A DNA stretch of 64,000 bases, taken from assembly GCF_044704955.1 (NCBI RefSeq), contig NC_091979.1, forward strand, positions 162,688,001 through 162,752,000, written 5' to 3'. The position numbers and the translations under genes are program-made. The notes below the pieces were generated by a model, which was given only the letters and a program-made list of their open reading frames with translations, ran no database searches and was not told the origin of the DNA. This DNA is from Pristiophorus japonicus (taxonomy: Eukaryota). Shown here piece by piece: positions 35,801-49,888 of the stretch. Every line of letters begins with the position of its first letter. Position 1 is the stretch's first letter.

Positions 35801-36547
35801 AGACAAGGCTCTCGTTAGTTCATCCTGATCTACATGAACAGGTAGAGAGCAGGCGGCTTCAACAAAGTGCATATCATGATAGCGCAAATGTGTCACGTGA
35901 GATTGAAATCAATGTTCCTGTATTTATATTAAATTATGGACAAGGTCCCAAGTGGCTTCCCGGCACTGTCATGGCCAAAGAGGGGAGCAGGGTGTTTCGG
36001 GTCAAACTTTCAAATGGACTCATTCACCAGAAACACTTGGAGCAAATCAAACTCAGATTCACAGACTATCCAGAGCAACTCACCTTGGACCCCCAACATA
36101 CACACCAGTGGAAACCAGCACCACGGTTGACCACGAAGCAGAACCCATCATCCACAGCAGCTCAGCAGGACCCAACACACCAGGCAGCCCAGCAAGGCCT
36201 TGCACAGCAGCCTAGCGAGGGCCCAACAAATGATTCAACAACACCAGCTTTCACACCGAGATGATCAACCACGACAAGAAGGGCTCCAGATCGATTCATA
36301 TTGTAAATAGTTACACTATTGACTTTGGCGGGGGAGTATTGTTATATATGTGGACTTATATTTACTCTGTACAGTCACCAGAGGGCTCATCCCCTGGAGT
36401 CCCAAGGGATCTCATAATCCCTTGGGAGCACGGGTATTTAAGGAGGCTTCACAGGAGAGGCACTCTGGAGACCTGCAATAAAAGACTAAAGTCACACTTT
36501 ACTTTGAGCTCACAGTGTTCAGTCTGACTCTTTCTCCATACACTACA
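32836..36547 (+). mobile_element. Ty3/Gypsy LTR retrotransposon, 5'-truncated (gag knuckle, PR, RT, RNase H, IN; 3' LTR 36340-36547)
   Basis: Motifs CKGCGTMGH, MELDT, WASPIVPV, RICGDYK, FQDDIL, CDASSYG, PWSRVHIDYAGP. PPT ggcgggggag precedes a TG...CA LTR containing AATAAA. Multiple stops are present. Confidence 0.92.
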
Positions 36548-36554
36548 ATTTCCC

Positions 36555-38310
36555 TGTCATAAATCCATGCTGACTTGGACTGATCCTGTCACTGCTTTCC
36601 AAATGCACTGCTATTTCATCTTTAATAATTGATTCCAAAATCTTCCCCACTACCGATGTCAGGCTAACCGGTCAATAATTTCCCGTTTTCTCTCTCCCTC
36701 CTTTTTTAAAAAGTGGTGTTACATTAGCTACCCTCCAGTCCACAGGAACTGATCCAGAGTCAATAGACTGTTGGAAAATGATCATCAATGCATCCACTAT
36801 TTCTAGGGCCACTTCCTTAAGTACTCTGGGATGCAGACTATCAGGCCCTGGGGATTTATCGGCCTTCAATCCCATCAATTTCTCTAACACAATTTCCCGA
36901 CTAATAAGGATTTCGTTCAGTTCCTCCTTCTCACTAGATCCTCTGCCTCCTAGTATTTCCGGACGTTATTCGAGTCTTCCTTCGTGAAGACAGAACTAAA
37001 GTACTTGTTCAATTGGTCTGCCATTTCTTTGTTCCCCAATATCAATTCACCTGATTCAGACTGCAAGGGAGCTGCGTTTGTCTTCACTAATCTCTTTCTC
37101 TTCACATATCTATAGACGCTTTTGAAGTCAGTTTTTATGTTCCCAGCATTTTCCTCTCATACTCTATTTTCCCCCTCCTAATTCAACACTTTGTCCTCCT
37201 CTGCTGGGTTCTAAATTTCTCCCAGTCCTCAGGTTTGCTGCTTTTTCAAGCCAATTTATATGCCTCTTGCTTGGATTTAACATTATCTTTAATTTCCCTT
37301 GTTAGCCACGGTTGAGTCACCTTCCCCGTTTTATTTTTACTCCAGACTCCAGACAGGGATGTACAATTGTTGAAGTTCATCCATGTGATATTTAAATGTC
37401 TGCCATTGCCTATCCACCGTCACCCCTTTAAGTATCATTCGCTAGTCCATTCTAGCCGATTCACATCTCATACCATCAAAGTTACATTTCCTTAAGTTCA
37501 GGACCCTAGTCTCTGAATTAACTGTGTCACTCTCCATCTTAATAAAGAATTCTACCATATTATGGTCACTCTTCCCCAAGGGGCCTCGCACAACAAGATT
37601 GTTAATTAGTCCTTTCTCATTACACATCACCCAATCTAGGATGGCCAGCCCTCTACTTGGTTCCTCGACATATTGGTCTAGAAAACCATCGTATTGCTAC
37701 CAGTTTGGTTTGCCCAATCTATATGTTGATTAAAGTCGCACATGATAACTGCTGTACCTTTATTGCACACATCCCTAATTTCTTGTTTGATGCTGTTTGA
37801 TGCAACCTCACTTCTACTGTTTTGTGGTCTGTACATAACTCCCACTAGCGTTTTCTGCTCTTTAGTATTCCACAGCTCTACCCATACAGATTCCATATCA
37901 TCCAAGCCAATGTCCTTTCTTACTATTGCATTAATTTCCTCCTTAACCAGCATCGCTACCCCACCTCCTTTTCCTTTCTGTCTATCCTTCCTGAATGTTG
38001 AATACCCCTGCATGTTGAGTTCCCTGCCTTGGTCACCCTGGAGCCATGTCTCCGTAATTCAATTATATCATTGTCGTTAATAGCTGCCTGCACAGTTAAT
38101 TCATCCACTTTATTACGAATACTCCTCGCATTGATGCAAAGAGCCTTCAGGCTTGTCTTTTTAACACACTTTGTCTCTTTAGAATTTTACTGTAATGTGG
38201 CCCTTTTTGATTTTTGCCTTGGGTTTCTCTGCCCTCCACTTTTACTTTACTTCTTTCTATCTTTTGCTTCTGCCCCCATTCTACTTCTCTCTGTCTCCCT
38301 GCATTGGTTG
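36555..38310 (-). mobile_element. CR1 LINE internal fragment (endonuclease and pre-RT), 3' part missing
   Basis: ORFs 37678-38013, 37442-37630 and 36672-36890 match the CR1 ORF2 seen at 8.0-9.5 kb. Confidence 0.92.
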
Positions 38311-39599
38311 GGTCGGGTCCGCAAAGTCAGAGGCGTCAGGGGAAAGGCACGTGGGAGCGATATTACAGCGATATTACAGCGGGTTCCTGACCTTCTGTCA
38401 AAAATAACAACTTTCCCATCCGACCCATCACCAATCTCTCACACTAAATTCCGGGAAATTCCGGACCGATCCACGTAAGTAGCTATTAGGGCAGATGACC
38501 AAAAGATTGGTGAAAGAGTTAGCTTTTAAGGAGTGTCTTGAAGCAGGAAATTGAGTAGGATGAAGGTGAGTATGGCTTTGTTCTAATGTTTCCTGATCTT
38601 ATGAGATAATTGAAACATTTGTGGCACTGCACCTAGGTCCTCCTGACCACATCCTGCTTGTGATCTCCTCTGCAATCTGCAACCAGGCTGTGTTGATCTC
38701 CTTGTGCAGTCATTGTCGGTGTTTGCCGCATTCCTACGCTGTAGTGCATTGACAGCACTATGTTAGATTAAACTTCAAATCTAATGATCCCATCTGAAAA
38801 TGCATCATGAATGGCGTCACCAGACGCGATCCATCTCATTGGGCTGCATAACGCACTGGGTAGGCTTAATACGCACCATTGAGGTAAGTTCATTTTCAAC
38901 AGCAGGATGGAGCCAGCAGCTGGGTCGCAACTCCTCCACAGACACCGCCTGCACCGGACCCGCCAAGGTGTCAATTCTTGTTTGATAATGCTTCTGTGAA
39001 GCGCCTTGGTAACTTTTACCACATTAAAGGCATGATAGAAATATAAGTTGTTGTTGTTTTTGTTGTGTAACTGCCAGGTTCTGCACTCAAACTGGCCATG
39101 GTGAAGACATACATATCTAAAGCATGTTCCTTCAGTATGGCCTTGTACACATCTGGTTGACTTTAGTTTCCAGATTGTGCCAGTGCCCCCACTCAAAATC
39201 CTTCATGCAATGATGTCATGGCAGGCATCAATCGCAGATCCAACAGCAAGCGGTGGGCCAGTCAAGTATGATGCTTAACAGGTACTTTAAAAGTATTTAA
39301 AAGTATTTTACCAAGTTTTTGATGAGTTTGCCATCCCCCCGGGAACACGCCAGGTAAGTGTATTGGGTTTTCCGTGACTTTCCATTACTTTGACTAGTTG
39401 ACAGCTGCAAAAGTGGTATAAAAGCTACCATTTCACAGCTGTTCACTTTCCAATCTCAGAGGCTGAAGCCTTCAGGATTTGGAAGACACTTTTGAGCTGT
39501 ATGCAATTTGAAAGTGTTTGCAGTGAACTCTCTATCCACTGTCACCTCCTTGGAGCAACCTCTCTCACCATTGACAGATCGCTTTTGTCATCTCAACCT

Positions 39600-42500
39600 C
39601 AGCTGCCATCTATTCCATCAGTATTGGCACCCTTGAAAACAATTCACCTTGGTCCTCAGAATCCCACCACGCTCAGCCCCAACACCAACATCACCAGGCA
39701 CACCAGAATCACCAACAACACCAACCTTCTCCGCAATCACCTGATGCTGCACAGGACACAGGGCTTAAGCACCCGACTATATTGCTGCCTGACACACCAG
39801 GAATGGCCTCACCATGGCCATATTTACTTCACGTTACACAGAACACCCTGACTACCACATGATGCACCAGGTTGGCACATCCCTGCAATGCCCAAGCCAT
39901 TACTTTCGCACTCATGACTATTGTGGGGTTTACTCTTATGTCTCACTATTCACTACAACTCACCAAGCCATTTCCAAAGGTGCACATAAATCTGTCCAAA
40001 AACGCAAAGTTTTTAAATTAAAGATTTCAATGTTTGACAACACATCAACTTCACATGAACATTGGCTAAAGGACCCAAGTGCCTACTCTTGTGTGTTGTT
40101 AGTTAGTATGATTGGATGAGGATGAGTGTGAGGGGTGGCTAGTGAGATGGAGATGTGATAATGTAGTTAGAGAGAGAACGATGGCTGGAGGTGCAAGGTA
40201 AGTTGGTGTGAGTAAGAATGTGAAGGCATAGTGTAGAGAAGGCAGAGTGATGGGGCTTTGATGAGTGGCACAGCAGGACAAGGGTGAGTGTAGTTTTGCA
40301 GTAATGTTTCATGATCCACAGAGATCATTGAAAGATTTGAGCCACTGCAGCCTGGTCTTCTTGAAGACATCCCTGTTTGTGCCCTTCTGTGCAATGTGTA
40401 ACCAGGCTGCATTGGTGGCCTGGGGAGATCTCCTCCGTCCATTGGAAGAGAAGAGGACCTCCCTTTGTGCTGTGACTCCATCCATAAACATCTGAAGTGA
40501 GTGATGGGAGACCCTGGGCACAACCCTACACTTCTGCAGAGCTTGTCAGTGCTTGCAGCATCTCAATGCCGCAGAACACCTTCAGAATAACAGTCAAAAT
40601 GAATGTAGCCACGGTCCCTTTAAGGAAATCGGCTGATGACGCGTCATCAAATGACATAATCAGATCTATTTCCTGTTAATTGGCCAGGAACCTCGCAGGG
40701 CGGGCTTAATGTTAAGTATCGAATAACTCCACAAGGCTAAGTGCGGTGAGCTAGTTCAGGCATGACTTTACTCCAGTTTATTTACTCTCAAAGTGAGGAT
40801 TCAACATGGCTGCCAACATTAAATACACGGCTTGCACGTGTCTGCCAGTGACCATTAGGACTCCGACAGTCGCGCCCTCCAGTGGCAGGTAAAACCCAGT
40901 TAACATACATAACATCATTCTCCCCAAAGTCCTTGGTACAGGTTGTATTCACAAGTTGAGACCGTCTGGTGCCTTCCGCTCCCTTGTTGATCTTCTCAGT
41001 TCGAAGCCAAGCTTGGGTGAGTTAATAGGACCATTGCTGCATTGCAGAGCAGTCGGTCTGACAGGACTGTCGGGGATGATCGGTTCATCTTCGTGAATGA
41101 CACAAGGGTCAACTGATGGTTGGATGTGCGTTGGTTGGTCGATGATGATGTCATCTTCAATTTGTTATGGGTTGTCTGTGAATCACAGTTTGGTTTGGTC
41201 AATGTGCCTCTTGCACGTTTGGCCATTTAACAGTTTGACTACAAATACCCTGTTCCCCTCCTTGGCCAAAACCGTGCCAGCAACCCACTTTGGACCATGA
41301 CCATAATTCAGGACAAACACAGGGTCATGAACAGCAATGTCACGTAATATGGCCGCGGATTATGGTACCATTGCTGCCGTTGCCTTCTGGTTCCGACGTG
41401 ATCATTAAGATCCAGGTGTACAAGGGAGAGCCTGGTTTTGAGGCCTCTCTTCATTAACAGCTCGGCAGGAGGGACCCCGGTGAGCGAGTGGGGTCTCATC
41501 CACATGTTTTAGGCTTTGCTTAATGGTTTGGACAGCCCGCTCCACTTGACCTTTAGACGTGGGTTTGAAAGGGGCAGACCTGAGATGCTTGATGCCATTA
41601 CGGGTCATAAACGTGTGGAACTCCGAACTGGTGAAACACGGTCGGTTGTCGCTGACAAGGACGTCGGGCAGGCCACGGGTGGCGAATATGGCCCAGAGGC
41701 TTTCAATAGTGGCTGTGGATGTGCTGGGCGATCCATTTGGAGTAACCGTCCACGACCACTAAAAACATTTTACCGAGAAAGGGGCCGGCAAAGTCTATGT
41801 GGATCCTTAACCACGGTTTGGATGGCCATGATCACAGACTCAGCAGAGCCTCCACAGGTGCGTTACTCAGCTGCATGCAAGTGTTGCACTGATGCACGTA
41901 TGACTCCAAGTCCGAGTCAATGCCAGGCCACCAAACATGAGACCTGGCAATGGCCTTCATCATGACAATGTCTAGGTGGGTAATGTGTAAATCTCGCACA
42001 AAAGTTTCCCTGCCTTTTTTTGGCATAACAACATGATTACCCCTTAACAGACAATCAGGCTGAATAGATAATTCATCTTTGCAGCGGCTATAAGGCTTAA
42101 TTTCATCCTGCATTTCCCTGGGAATGGCAGACCAATTTCCATTTAGGACACACCTTTTTACACTTGACAGTACAGGATCCTGGCTGGTCCAGGTCCTAAT
42201 TTGTCGAGCCGTGACGGGTGATCCCTCGCTCTCGAAGGCGTCCATGACCAGCAGCAAGTCTGTGGGCTGCAGCATTTCCACCCCGCTTGTGGGCAATGGT
42301 AGCCGGCTAAGCGCATCAGCACAGTTTTCAGTGCCTGGTCTGTGGCGGATGACATAATCATAAAGGGATAATGCCAGTGCCCATCTTTGGATGCAGGACG
42401 AGGCATTGGTGTTTATACCTTTGCTCTCAGAAAACAATGAAATGAGCGGCTTGTGGTCTGTTTCTAGCTTAAACCGAAGCCCAAACAGGTATTGGTGCAT

Positions 42501-45285
42501 TTTCCTAACCCCATATACGCATGCGAAAGCCTCTTTCTCGACCATACTATAGGCTCTTTCAGCCTTAGACAGACTTCTGGACACGTATGCAACTGGTTGG
42601 AAATTGCCTGATACATTGGCTTGCTGGAGCACACAACCAACCCCATATGATGAGGCGTCGCAGGCCAGCACTAACCGCTTACATGGGTCATAGTGTACTC
42701 GTAATTTATTGGAACATAGCAGGTTCCTGGCCTTTTCAAAGGCTCTGTCTTAAGATTTGCCCCAAACCCAGTTGTTACCCTTTCTCAGCAACATGTGCAA
42801 GGGCTCTAGCAATGTGCTCAAACTAGGTACAAAGTTACCGAAATAGTTGACAAAACCCAGGAATGAACACAGCTCTGTCGCACTCTGGGGTCTTGGTGCA
42901 TTCTTGATGGCCTCTGTCTTCGAATCCGTAGGCCTGATGTCATCTGCTGCAATCTTTCTCCCCAGGAATTCGACTTCTGGTACCATGAAAACTCACTTGG
43001 AGTGTTTTATCCTGAGTCCCACTCTGTCCAGACGACGTAGAACCTCTTCCAGGTTGTGCAGGTGTTCAGTGGCGTCGCGACCGGTGATCAGGATATCATC
43101 TTGGAACATGATGGTTCTCGGGACGGACTTCAGCAAACTCTCCATATTTCTGTGAAATATGGCTGCTGCCAAGCGCATTCCGAAAGGGCATTTATGGTAT
43201 ATAAACAGTCCTTTGTGCGTGTTGATGCACGTCAGTTTTTCGAAGATTCGACCAGCTCCTGTGTCATGTAAGTGGAGGTCAGGTCCAATTTGGTGAACGG
43301 CTTCCCCCCCGCTAGCATTGCAAACAGGTCGTCAGCCATGAGTAACGGGTACTGATCCTGTATTGAGACTCGGTTGATCGTTACCTTGTAGTCGCCGCAG
43401 ATCCTGATCGTGCCATCACTTTTCAACACCGGGACAATTGGACTGGCCCATTCGCTGAACTCGACTGGTGATATGATTCCTTTCCTTCCCGTTGAAGTCT
43501 GTCCAGTTCAACCTCGGCCTTCTCCCTCATCATGTACGGAACCGCCTGAGCCTTATGATTGACGGGTCTTGCATCCGGGCCTAGGTGGATCTGCACCTTG
43601 GCTCCTGTGAAGTTGCCGATGCCTGGTTCGAACAACGAGGGAAACTTGCTCAGCACTTGAGCACACGACTCATCCCCAACTGATGATAAGGCTTTAATAT
43701 CATTCCAATTCCATTTAATTTTCTCAAGCCAACTCCTGCCGAACAGCATTGGGCCATTGTCTGGAACGCTCCACAACGATAAATCATGCACAACTCCATC
43801 GTACGATACCTTTAATGCCGCGCTGCCAATGACTGATATGAGCTCTTTGGTGCAGGTATGCAGCTTCACATTGATTTGGCTCAGTTTGGGTCTTTTTGCT
43901 CAATGTCCTACAGCTTTTTGAAAGCCCTCTGGCTCATTATTGACTGACTCGCACCCGTGTCCAATTCCATGGATACTGGAACCACATTTAATTTAACTTC
44001 CAGCATTATCGGAGGACTTTTGGTAAAAGAATGTGCCCCATACACTTCTTTGTCCTGTACCTCGGGTTGAGTTGCCCGTGCCGCTTGATCCACGCTGGAT
44101 CGATCATCCTCAGCCATGTGGTGTGTCGCAGCGCGCTTGCTCGGTTGCGGACACATTTATTGAAGGTGCCCCATTGTTGCACAGCCTTTGCACATGTATT
44201 GCTTGAATCAGCATTGATGGATCCAATGATTGCCCCAGCAACGCCAACAAGGCGAGATTTGATTCACCCCCGATGGCGGACTTTGAGCAGTTACAGGTCG
44301 TACGAACGCGGGTGAGTAGGCCCTGCCATGTGCAGCTCTGTTTGCCGACGATATTGTTTTATGCACAGTACTTGCCGGTGAGTGCCGATGCTGGGAAAAT
44401 ATCTGTTTCGAGTTTTCGTCCGTGGACATGCATACCTGGGCGATCGTGATGGCCCTGCTCAGGTCTAGAGATTCAGCAGCCAGCAGCTTTTGAAGGGTGA
44501 CCTCGTGGCCAATGCTAAGCATGAAAAAGTCCCGCAGCATTTCCTCCAACGCAGCTCCGAGGTTGCACGACTCAGCGAGACATCTCAGGTCGTCGACAAA
44601 TTCCACCACTTCCTAGCCCTCAGAGTGATTATGCATATAGAAATGATACCGCGCCATGATGATGCTTTCCTTCGGTTTAAAGTGGTTCCGAACCAGCGTA
44701 CACAATTCATCGTAAGTCTTATCCGTTGGTCAAGTTGGTGAGAGTAGATTCTTGATAAGGCCATAAATTTTTGACCCACAAACAGTGAGGAGAGCCGCCC
44801 TGCGCTTAATTGAGTTATCCGTTCCTTCCAATCCGTTGGCTACGATGTTGTGGTCGAGGCGATCAGTGAAATTCTCCCAGTCTTCCTCTTCCACGAATCT
44901 CTCCAAAATTCCAACAGACATTGTTGCGTGAAAGTTCATATTTTTAACTCGTTGTCAATTGTTAAGTATCGAATAACTCCATGAGGCTAAGTACGGTGAG
45001 CTAGTTCAGGCATGATCTTACTCCAGTTTATTTACTCTCAAAGTGAGGATTCAACATGGCTGCCAACATTATATACACGGCTTGCACGTGTCTGCCAGTG
45101 ACCATTAGGACTCCGACAGTCACGCCCTCTGGTGGCAGGTAAAACCCAGTTAACATGCATGACATCTAACAAGCCCCATCAATGGAAGATTGTCTCGAGG
45201 GGGTGATCTGCAGAGAGGAACGGGTTCCCCACACGCCACCAATGCCGGCCGCAACCGACTCACCACAGCTGGTGACATCGTGGCC
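39600..45285 (-). mobile_element. Non-autonomous Harbinger/Myb derivative split by the Gypsy at 40710-45164
   Basis: ORF 40309-40521 reads PRVSHHSLQMFMDGV...AWLHIAQK...LKSFNDL (Myb/SANT). The host sequence gggcttaa|caagcccc rejoins across the Gypsy, and the terminus is gacatcgtggcc at 45285. Confidence 0.65.
40710..45164 (-). mobile_element. Full-length but decayed Ty3/Gypsy LTR retrotransposon (LTRs 40710-40914 and 44960-45164)
   Basis: Two 205-bp TG...CA LTRs differ at about 11 positions by manual count. A decayed PBS (ttgacaacgag) and PPT ggggagaatga are present. gag (44208-44939), PR ELDTGA, RT FQDDIL, RNase H and IN (41832-42671) are broken by stops and frameshifts. Confidence 0.95.
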
Positions 45286-45801
45286 AAGAACTCTGTCCTC
45301 TCTCCACAAAAGCTGCCTGCCATGCTGAATGTTCCCTGCATTTTGTGTTTATATTTCAGATTACCAGCATTCAGAGTATTTTGCTTTCATATTTTCTCTG
45401 TTAGAAGTGTCATTTTTTGACTGCAAGATTGCCAGGATTTATTTTAAATGCTTCTCAGAGCTCATCCCATAAGTACTGGAAATAGTTTTCTTCGATTACA
45501 TTCATGGGACAAGCCGTCCTCATTCATAGTGACTGTGAGTCTGATTGCCATTTTGATGAAGTCCGTATATTTAATTGTCAATCATATGGACAACATTTAT
45601 TTCTAAATCTGTATTAATTGACTTGAAATATATTCATCAGCTGAGAAAAAATACTCAACATCAGACTCCTGAGATTTCCATGTGATTTTTATTGATTTCC
45701 ACATAATCCAAAAATAAATGAATACATGTCATCAGGTTAAGGAGATTTAATTTTTTTCAAGAATATTTCAGAAAGAAAAAATCATGTTTTTCAAGAACAA
45801 T

Positions 45802-48800
45802 CTAGAAGTCCCTCATGCGCCTGAAAGATCCGATAGTTGAGTTGTAGCCGCCCCAGTCACTGAATCTCCTGTATTCACCGGGTCTCATGAAGTACTGGCG
45901 ACCTCTGTAGTTGGGCTGTTCATAGAAGTTCCAATAACCGTCCATCACATGGCAGGAGTGAATGTCACGGTAACGGAAACGATCGTAGACAGATGGACAG
46001 TCATCCATGAATTCCATCATCTGTCCTCCAAAGTCAGGTCTCTCATAAATCCTCATTCTGTAGTTTCCACCTCGGTACTGGAATAGAAATACAATTATAT
46101 TAGTGTGGAAGCAATAAATCTTCAGTATCTAGAAATACAGCTGTTTCTGCTGAGAAAGAAGCTTACTTAGGGTTGCAGATGATGTTGGAGAACAGCAATA
46201 GACAGTTCAGTAACATGTATTGGATGAGCTGATCATCTGCTAACTGACATCACCATGTGGCTCTTCTGTAAATTGTTACAGAAAACCAGAGAAATGTACC
46301 AGCAAATTCAGGACTGATTCTTATAATAAAGAGCTCTCTGGTTGGGAAGGATTTTACAAAAGGCTCCATATGATGATGTTAATAATGGGGGACATTTCGC
46401 AACATCAATAATATGGTAGAATTCTTTATTAAGATGGAGAGTGACACAGTTAATTCAGAAACTAGGGTCCTAAACGTAAGGAAAGGTAACTTCGATGGTA
46501 TGAGGCGTGAATTGGCTAGAATAGACTGGCGAATGATACTTAAAGGGTTGACGGTAGATACACAATGGCAAACATTTAAAGGTCAAATGAATGAACTTCA
46601 ACAATTGTACATCCCTGTCTGGAGTAAAAATAAAATGGGGAAGGTGGCTCAACCGTGGCTAACAAGGGAAATTAAGGATAGTGTTCAATCCAAGGAAGAG
46701 GCATAAAAATTGGACAGAAAAAGCAGCAAACCTGAGGATTGGGAGTAATTTAGAATTCAGCAGAGGAGGACAAAGGGTTTAATTAGGAGGGGGCAAATAG
46801 AGTATGAGAGGAAGCTTGCTGGAAATATAAATAATGACTACAAAAGCTTCTATAGATATGTGAAGAGAAAAAGATTAGTGAAGACAAACGTAGGTCACTT
46901 GCAGTCAGATTCAGGTGAATTTATAATGGGGAACAAAGAAATGGCAGACCAATTCAACAAATATTTTGGTTCTATCTTCATGAAGGAAGACACAAATAAC
47001 CGTCCGGAAATACTAGGGGATCGAGGGTCGAGTGAGAAGGAGGAACTGAAGGAAATCCTTATTAGTCAGGAAATTGTGTTAGGGAAATTGTGATGGGATT
47101 GAAGGCTGATAAATCCCTAGGGCCTGATAGTCTGCATCCCAGAGTATTTAAGGAAGTGGCCCTAGAAATAGTGGATGCATTGGTGATCATTTTCCAACAG
47201 TCGATCAACTCTGGATCAGTTCCTATGGACTGGAGGGTAGCAAATGTAACACCACATTTTTAAAAAGGAGGGAGAGAGAAAACAGGGAATTATAGACCAG
47301 TTAGCTTGATATCAGTAATGGGGAAAATGTTGGAATCAATTATTAAAGATAAAATTTGGAAAGCAGTGACAGGATCGGTCCAAGTCAGCATGGATTTATG
47401 AAAGGGAAAACATGCTTGACAAATCTTCTGGAATTTTTTGAGGATGTAACTAATAGAGTGGACAGGGGAGAATCAGTGGATGTGGTGTATTTGGACTTTC
47501 AAAAGGCTTTTGACAAGGTCCCACACAAGAGATTGGTGTGCAAAATTAAAGCACATGGTATTGGGGGTAATGTATTGATGTGGATAGAGAACTGGTTGGC
47601 AGACAGGAAGCAGAGAGTCGGGATAAATGGGTCCTTTTCAGAATGGCAGGCAGTGACTAGTGGGGTACTGCAGGACTCAGTGCTGGAACCCAGCTATTTA
47701 CAATATACATCAATAATTTAGATGAAGAAATTGAGTGTAATATCTCCAAGTTTGCAGATGACACTAAGCTGGGTGGCGGTGTGAGCTGTGAGGAGGATGC
47801 TAAGAGGCTGCAGGATGACTTGGACAAGTTAGGTGAGTGGGCAAATGCATGGCAGATGCAGTATAATGTGGATAAATGTGAAGTTATCCACTTTGGGGGC
47901 AAAAATACAAAGGCAGAATATTATCTGAAAGTCGGCAGATTAGGAAAAGGGGAGGTGCAACGAGACCTCGGTGTCATGGTACATTAGTCATTGAAGGTTG
48001 GCATGCAGGTACAGCAGGTGGTGTAGAAGACAAATGGCATGTTGGCCTTCATAGCTGGGGGTTTTGAGTAGAGGAGTAGGGAGGTCTTGCTGCAGTTGTA
48101 CAGGGCGTTGGTGAGGCCTCACTTGGAATATTGTGTTGAGTTTTAGTCTCCTAATCTGAGGAATGATGTGAGGGAGTGCAGCAAAGATTCACCAGACTGA
48201 TTCCCGGGATGGCAGGACTGACATATGAGGAGAGATTGGATCGACTGGGCCTGTATTCACTGGAGTTTAGAAGGATGAGAGGGGATCCCATAGAAACATA
48301 TAAAATTCTGATGGGACTGGACAGGTTAGATGCAGGGAGAATGTTCCCGATTTTGGAGAAGTCCAGAACCAGGGGCCACAGTCTAAGGTTAAGGGGTAAG
48401 CCATTTAGGACCAAGATGAGGAGAAACTTCTTCACTCAGAGAGTTGTTAACCTATGGAATTCTCTACCACAGAGAGTTGTTGATGCCAGTTCGTTGGATA
48501 TATTCAAAAGGGAGTTAGATATGGCCCTTACGGCTAAAGGGATCAAGGGGTATGGAGAGAAAGCAGGAAAGGGGTACTGAGGGGATGATCAGCCATGATC
48601 ATATTGAATGGTGGTGCAGGCTCGAAAGGTCAAATGGCCTACTCCTGCACCTATTTTCTATGTTTCTATATTTCTATGATCCAGTTGACTACATTCCTGG
48701 CTTGTTACTAGAGTACAGCTCCTGTGTAATTTGATACAGTGAAATTTTATAACAGCAAATTGCGATTGATTATACTTGACCCATATAGACAGGAGATTAC

Positions 48801-49638
48801 TTCATGTCAGTAAAAGTTTGAAGTGTTGTTTGAACTGAGGTTTCAGTAAGGGAGATTCTTAAGGCAGGTTTCTCTTTGTTTAATTTGTTAAACTATATCA
48901 GACAAATTACACCAGTTCAACCCATATTGTCTTCGTTGCACCGCAATGAGCTTTTTACTTTCAAAACATTAAATCCCACAAATTCCCTTTCAGTTCTAAA
49001 TATTAAACTAATATTACAATATTACAATTACATAAGCTGTGGACCAGTTCACAAATCCTATGATAATCCAATTCTCTTTGAAATGTAGAAGAACGAAGCT
49101 CTATGTCTTTGTTGTTGTTACAAAAATAAAGTCCAACAGCTGGAGTTCACACAGAGCCACAATAGATTTGAAAAGCAGATACAGTGTTCTGACAAATGAC
49201 TACCATCAACTCAGTTGCTTAGCATGGTATTCATTTATCAGATCTAAATTGGTTTAGAATGCATTAACCATCAAATGATAACTTACGTATGGGTAGGAAC
49301 GACATGACCTGATGTTGTCATTGAATCCCATCCAGCGCTGGTAGTCAGGATATTCTCCCCTCCTCAGAACATACTGGTATCCCATGTAATTGGGTCTCTC
49401 ATACACCACCCACCAGTCACTCTCCACACGGATGGAGTTACAGCGGTTGAAGTAAGGGGACAGGTCAGCACAGTCAGTACTGCACTCGTAGTGCCGACCC
49501 TGGAAGTTCCTGTCCTCGTAAAAGATGATCTGCAGAAAGATAGAGGTTTGTAAATTAATTATTTCTCAAAAATAGGAGATACTGAATGAAGAATTCTAAT
49601 ACAATGTGTAATATCTGAGATGTCCTTGCCTTTCCCAT
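45802..49638 (-). CDS. cryg: Gamma-crystallin (shark gamma-S1-like), copy 4; exons 49638-49630, 49529-49287, 46077-45802; 175 aa
   Basis: Open spliced frame MGK|[48 protein letters not shown]...CRSYPY|[18 protein letters not shown]...[10 protein letters not shown]. Intron 1 is GC-AG (100 nt) and intron 2 (3209 nt) contains a CR1. Confidence 0.95.
46410..48677 (+). mobile_element. CR1 LINE, 5'-truncated, inserted antisense in intron 2 of gene 4
   Basis: CR1 ORF2 fragments at 46413-48580 with a tail near 48677. The flanks rejoin to the gene-3 intron sequence gcaacatccattgatccagttgac. Confidence 0.94.
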
Positions 49639-49697
49639 TTTGAGCTCACAGTTAGCTTCGTAACTGACTGAATGTTTCACTGCTTCACACAGCATGG

Positions 49698-49888
49698 TAT
49701 TTATACACTGGGCAGAAAGGCCTCTCTAGGCTGTACTTTTGTTATTCTAATGGTTCAGGACTGAAAATCAGCAAAAATCGACAATACGTTCCATTTATTG
49801 GAGAGAAACACCTGAAAGACTCCTGATGTGTCATTGATTCTTTCCCTTTTGCCGTCATGTCACTTTAATTGTTGTTTGATCATAACAT
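49698..49888 (-). promoter_or_regulatory. Crystallin gene 4 proximal promoter (TATAAATA 49698-49705; half-MARE 49768-49773)
   Basis: Same conserved block, interrupted at 49889 by a nested TE stack. Confidence 0.78.
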
